Source: Octopus vulgaris (lineage: Eukaryota). From it: a stretch of 64,000 nt of DNA. Each line of letters starts with the position of its first letter. Positions within the stretch are counted from its first letter, which is position 1. The notes beneath the pieces were generated by a model. That model had not been told where the DNA came from. It ran no database searches and worked only from the letters and a program-made list of their open reading frames with translations. A program made the position numbers and the translations under genes. This document shows positions 58,571 to 64,000 of the stretch, in pieces. The stretch covers positions 36,146,001-36,210,000 of the forward strand of contig OX597817.1 of assembly GCA_951406725.2 (NCBI GenBank). Reading direction: 5' to 3'.

Positions 58571-59138
58571 ATAATTATCCGACGTATAGTAAACTTGCTA
58601 GCTCTCTTTGTTCGGAGTGGAATCACAGAGCCAGAACATAACATATAGTTAAGAATGAATGTAATTAGGGCGAGGCTGGCTGGTCTTGATGTGTTATAGT
58701 AAACATATTTTTAAGTTCTACTGATTTCTTTCTCGCTTTCATAATCATATTATATATTGATCTCCCGACAACAACCACAAAAACAATGAGTCTAACATTG
58801 GAAAAACAGCAACAATAAGTGATATCAAAAGACAAGTATAAAGAGTGAAAAGTACCGTGTTTGCAGTAATAATAATCCATGCGTAACAATACTGTGACTA
58901 TCCCTCACTGCATCTCGTGATATCACGAGACAATGGCGGCGCCATTGGGTATTCATTTGTTTTGCTAGATATAGCAGCCAAATTCTTTCAAATCACATTC
59001 TACAGCCTTAGGAAAGCATACGTTGGAAAATATGTTCCTGAATTCTTTGCATATTGGAAACAGATGGGAAAGTCATGGTTGAATGATTTCCTTCATAAAT
59101 TTGTTCAGTTAGGGACTATCTGGGAGTAAACAGCAGCA

Positions 59139-59500
59139 GATTCCCAGACAGGGCATTGTGAGTGTTTATTGAGCAAAAACACCTAAGCTCCACGAGTCTC
59201 CGGCGGGTGTGGAGGTGAACTCCGCTGTACTCTTTCACCACAACTTTCTCTCAATCTTTCTTCCTACTTCTGCCACAAAGCAGAGGAACCATGGTGTAAC
59301 CCACTATGGTGTGGTAAACTTTCAGACTCTAGTCTAGAATGCGAATCCTTTGTACCCCAGGATGGTTCAGCTCCCCACCCGTTAAAAGCCACCGTTTACG
59401 GAATGAGGATAACAACGTAGCTTTGGCGCCCGTGCAACCGCCAGTCTATCGCGTGTGGTGGGTGGATCTTCAAGTTACCATATGCATTCTTAGTAGCTTA
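59139..59500 (+). mobile_element. 5'-truncated SINE (head 1 remnant + another tail)
   Basis: gattcccagac..gtttattgagcaaaaacacctaagctccacgag matches head 1; downstream sequence differs. Confidence 0.65.
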
Positions 59501-59554
59501 GAGTAGGCTCGAATTAGAGATTATTCTTTGTGGCTAATGGCGTGAGTCCTGATT

Positions 59555-59641
59555 GGAAGAAGAAGAAGAAGAAGAAGAAGAAGAAGAAGAAGAAGAAGAA
59601 GAAGAAGAAGAAGAAGAAGAAGAAGAAGAAGAAGAAGAAGA
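59555..59641. repeat. (GAA)n microsatellite
   Basis: Uninterrupted GAA run. Confidence 0.97.
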
Positions 59642-59964
59642 CTGCAGCAGCAGCATGACAAAGCCTCTATGTAAACACAACAAATTAAAGATAGCAACCA
59701 AGATCTCCCCTCGTATGACATTCTGAAGCCCTAAAAATGAAAGTGATCGATGTGTAATGTAGTTTGGGTGCATCGTACTGGGTGAACAGATAGGGTGGCC
59801 ATAGCTGGAATAAATTTGATTGTAACCCTGCTTCGTCAGCGTTGTCTCGAGATTAAACAACAACAGTAGCAACAACTAGAAAAACGACGAATACTGCACT
59901 ACTGCCACCATCAACTACTTTTGCTACTATTAATAAGTACACGAACTGTAAAAATATAACTACC

Positions 59965-60193
59965 AATTTCTTTATTACCCACAAGGGGCTAAACGCAGAG
60001 GGGACAAACAAGGACAGACATAGGTATTAAGTCGATTACATCGACCCCAATGCGTAACTGGTACTTAATTTATCGACCCCGAAAGGATGAAAGGCAAAGT
60101 CGACCTCGGCGGAATTTGAACTTACAACGTAACGGCAGACGAAATACCGCTAAGCATTTCGCTCGGCGTGCTAACGTTTCTGCCAGCTCGCCA
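59965..60193 (-). mobile_element. Young SINE family B with 17-bp TSD
   Basis: gtaaaaatataactacc at 59948-59964 and 60194-60210. Confidence 0.93.
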
Positions 60194-60344
60194 GTAAAAA
60201 TATAACTACCGGAAGAGCAATAGACATAACTTACATCGAACAACATCAACTAAGACAACATCAACAACAACAACAGCAGCAGCAGCAGCATGAGCAATTC
60301 GACCATCAACGTGAATCAAAACTAAAAGCAGCTACTCCAACCAA

Positions 60345-60550
60345 CGAGGGAGTCTTAAAGTAGTCGTATGCCGTGTTAGAAATAGCTGAATATCACTCAC
60401 TGGACATTTTATCATCTTAGAAATAGGAAGAACGTATTAGAAATGTAGTCCTAAATATCCTCAAAAGACGAGCTGGTCACGGCTGGAATGCATTTAATCA
60501 TATATCAGCTCGATTAGGCTTCAGCTGGTTCTAAAGTAAAACAACAACAA
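60345..60550 (+). mobile_element. Old dispersed repeat ending in (CAA)n; related copies near 6.9, 38.3, 39.1, 39.7 and 58.9 kb
   Basis: Shared motifs tagaaatagc..aatgtagtcct..ggtcacggctggaatg..aaacaacaac. Confidence 0.55.
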
Positions 60551-60570
60551 AACCGTCTCCACCACAGCTA

Positions 60571-61124
60571 TTGGGCTGTCCGGAAAGTTCGTGCCGATTT
60601 ATAGTAGCTTACCTTTCGACTTATTTTAGAACATGGTTGAGTCCATAAAATAGGATTTGACTACATCTCCATTTAGAGCACAGTTTAAGCTATCTTTTCG
60701 TGGAATAAGGTTTATGTTCCTATAACCTGTGTTAATTCTGTAACCCTTTAAAATGGAAGATAAGAGAGTTCATTTTCGGCACTTGATTTTCTTTTTCCGT
60801 AAAGGGAAAAATGCCTCACAAGCAACCAAAGAAATATTTGCAGTTTACGGTGGTGTTTCTTTATCCGAAAAAACTGTACGGAAGTGGTTCGCAAGGTTCC
60901 GAGCTGGAGATTGCAACCTTATTGATAAAGAGCGATCAGGCAGACCATCCACTACAGATGATGACCAAATCAAGTCATTAATTGAGAATAACCCACATTG
61001 CACAACCAGAGAATTGGCAGAAAGCCTCAACCTATCAAAATCCGTCATTCATGAGCACCGGGCAAAGCTTGGCTACCTTTTTCTTTCCTTTAATAATCGG
61101 CACGAACTTTCCGGACAACCCCAA
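60571..61124 (+). mobile_element. Internally deleted mariner
   Basis: TA|ttgggctgtccggaaagttcgtgccgatt ... aatcggcacgaactttccggacaaccccaa|TA. Confidence 0.93.
60753..61077 (+). pseudogene. Mariner transposase N-terminal HTH DNA-binding region only
   Basis: HFRHL.FFFRKGKNASQA..VYG..SEKTVRKWFARFRAGD..L.DKERSGRP..TTRELAE.L; catalytic DDD domain deleted. Confidence 0.9.
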
Positions 61125-62214
61125 TATAAAGCGAGAACGATGAGAGAAATTCTCCTACTTCGATTAGTGACATTTCAACTACGTTCCAGCAAAGTCTGCC
61201 TCCACACGGTACCAAATGAAAGGATTTAGTAGATGGTATCCTTTTCCCTATCAGGTTATTAAGGACAACTGGAATAATGGAATGAGTTAGCATATCGATT
61301 CGTCTATATCCTCCCTTCTTTCATGTATCTAACTTATAAAACTGTCTAAAAACAACAAAAACAAAATCGACCGCAACAATAGCAGCAGTAACAACAATAA
61401 TAACATCTAAAACACCCAAAAACAGTAACAATTCGCCAAACAACAACAACATTAAAAACAGCAACAACTACATTCACCACCGATAGATTAAAAAACAAAA
61501 AAAACAAAAAACAAAAATGGAAGCATGAAAGATAAAAGTAAAAAACGCAGCGAACAGCTAAAATATGAAGCCAACAAGAATGGGCAGTAATAAAAAGTGT
61601 AACAATTAAAACAACAGCGGTTCAGTTAGCCACATCAACAGACGTTGACGACAACCTATCCAGTTTTAATTTAAATATTGCGAAATCCCAAACCTGTTTA
61701 GTACTTCCTTCCTTTCTCTCTTGAATTGTGTTCATGTCAATTTGAAAGTATTCATTATTTTTGAGACCATTTATCGATTAGGAAATGTTTTCTGTCGCTG
61801 GCAGAGTTGATTAGGGTGACTATGAATTTCAGAATAAATATTAACGAGAACTATAATAATGGACGCAGTGTAGTTCTCTTCGTCGTTTCCCAACATATTT
61901 CTCGCTCTGTTGTGAAGGTATAGTTATTTCTAGGTACAGTATGGCTGAATGGTTAAGAACTTCGCTCCCCAACTTCGAGGCTACAGGGTCAATACTTTGC
62001 GTGGAATTTTGGACAAATGCCATTTTCTCTCGCCTCGGGTCAACTCATACGTTGTAAGGGAAATTAGACAGATAGAAAATCTACAGAAAAGTTCATGGAG
62101 TGGATTGCACCTCTAATTCAAAATGTGCAGCCGTGTCACATACTGTGCTACGCTAATTCTTTTTGAGAATTACGTTAAAGGCACATGTGCCTGTGGAATG
62201 CTCAGCCAGTTATA

Positions 62215-62301
62215 CGCAGGAGTGGCTGTGTGGTAAGTAGCTTGCTTACCAGCCACATGGTTCCAGGTTCAGTCCCACTGCGTGGCACCTTGGGCAAGTG
62301 T
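62215..62301 (+). mobile_element. 5' part of SINE family A fused to the RTE LINE
   Basis: Intact head through ttgggcaagtgt, then an abrupt switch to RTE sequence. Confidence 0.88.
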
Positions 62302-64000
62302 TTGATGAGCCTTTGTAGGGCTTCTTCTGTGTGTGATACCAGAGCGGTATCATCAGCTAATAGCATCACCTTGATCAGGACGCTTCTGATTTTGGTCTTG
62401 GTACGCAGACGCGAGAGATTGAACAGTTTCCCATCACTTCTACTGTACAGAAACACTCCATCACCTGATGTCACAAAGGCATGTGACAGCATCAGCGAGA
62501 AGATGCCAAATAATGTAGGAGCAAGGACACAACCTTGCTTTTACCCCATTTTTTTATTTGGAAGGCGGCTTATGTTGAACCATTGTGCTGTATGGTGCCT
62601 TGCATATCATCATGGAAAGATGTGATGATCCTCAGCAGCTTTGGTGGATATCCGATTTTTTGGAGCAGGATGAAGAGGCCTTTTCTACTTACCAAGTCAA
62701 AGGCCTTTGTCATATCAATGAAGGCCGTATATAATGGCATTTTCTGCTCTCTGGACTTCTGAAGTTGGCGTATGGAGAATATCATGTCAATAGTTGATCT
62801 GCTTCTTCTAAAGTCACACTGGGATTCTGAATAAATTCGAGAAGCAAGCAGTTGCAGCCTGGACAGGATAATGCGAGCAGAGGCCTTTCCAACAGTGCTT
62901 AGACGAGATATTCCACGGTAATTGTTACAATCTCCACGTTCACCTTTGTTTTTGTAAAGCGTAATGATGTTAGCATCCCACATATCCTGAGGGACTGTAC
63001 CCTCTTCCCAGCACTGACACAGAAACTCATGAATGTGCCGAAGGAGGATGGGGTTTTTGCCGGTTTTGATGATCTCTAAGGGGATGTCGTTTTTTCCCGG
63101 AGCCTTGTTACTTGCTAGGGAGTCAATAGCCTTGGTGAGCTCTGCTATAGATGGCAGACTGTCAAGTTCATACATGACTGGCAAGATTTTGACACCCTGG
63201 ATTGCAGCCTCAGCTACCGTGGTTCCCCGTTAGTACAGATCCTGGTAGTACTCCACTCATCTATCCATTTGCTTGCTTTGGTCCTTGATGAGATCCCCAG
63301 TAGTTGATTTCAGAGGGGCTGACTTGGTTGCGGATGGACCGAGGACCTTCCTCAAACCGGCATACATCCCACGGGTGTTGCCACTGTCAGCAGTTGACTG
63401 GATACTCTGACAGATTTCCTGCCAATACCTATTTGCACAGCGTCTGGCAGTCAGTTGGGTTTTATTTCTTGCCTTTCTGAGTGACTTTATAGAAGAATCA
63501 CTCTTGTATTACATCAGAGCTGCACGCTTTGTTTCGATAACTGTTTCCAGCTCTGAGAGCCCAGCACTGAACAAAATCTGCGTTTTGCCTTCCTCTCATG
63601 CCGAAAGTATCTATTGATGTGATATACAAAGCTTCCCTGATATAATTCCACCTACTTTCAGCAGAGGTGGTTGGGCAACTACTGAGGGCAACTTTGATAG
63701 AAACAGGAAAACATTGTCGCAGTGTAGGGTCGGAGGTTCTGGCAGTGTTAATGCGTGGTCGGCCCATTTTCTTGGATTGATGGACTTTTTAGGCAGAATC
63801 CTCAACCTGCTTCTTAATTGTGAATGATCTGTGTCACAATCCGCGCTGTGGTAACTACGAGTCAGTTGAACAGAATTCAGAAAGGGTCTTCGTGTAATGA
63901 TGAGATCCAGCTGATGCCAGTGGTGAGATCTTGGATATCTCCAAGATGCCTTGTGGGAGGTCTTGTTGGCAAAGAATGTGTTAGTGATGCACAGGTTATG
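62302..64000 (-). mobile_element. RTE/BovB-type LINE, decayed: endonuclease end through RT; continues beyond the window
   Basis: WHQLDLIITRR..DCDTDHS, KAPGKND, NYRGIS, SQCDFR, FIDMTKAFD, LADD; frameshifts and stops present. Confidence 0.93.

Overview
AT-rich, microsatellite-dense eukaryotic DNA. The SINE, LINE and Helitron families look like those of octopus (coleoid cephalopod); this assignment is by recognition, not database search. No host protein-coding exon can be supported, and almost all listed ORFs are translations of (TA)n, (TACA)n or (TCTA)n tracts. Real coding signal is confined to transposon relics: a young 5'-truncated CR1/Jockey-group LINE with a 762-aa RT ORF (53.5-55.9 kb, minus), two RTE/BovB LINE pieces, a Helitron PIF1-helicase remnant, two deleted mariners and a decayed Penelope-like RT/GIY-YIG. 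The window also holds many modular tRNA-derived SINEs (several with clean TSDs), non-autonomous Helitrons, a solo LTR, a 205-bp LTR-PBS mini-element and hAT/Tigger MITEs. The most striking pattern is a set of unrelated fold-back elements in (TA)n tracts that carry hammerhead ribozyme motifs: a canonical one at 31031-31113, a U3-A8 covariant present on both strands at 40.5-40.9 kb, and a variant at 50.7 kb, plus a stand-alone variant at 8.9 kb. A strong AG|GTAAGT recursive-splice-like site at 14491 hints that the window may lie inside a giant intron.
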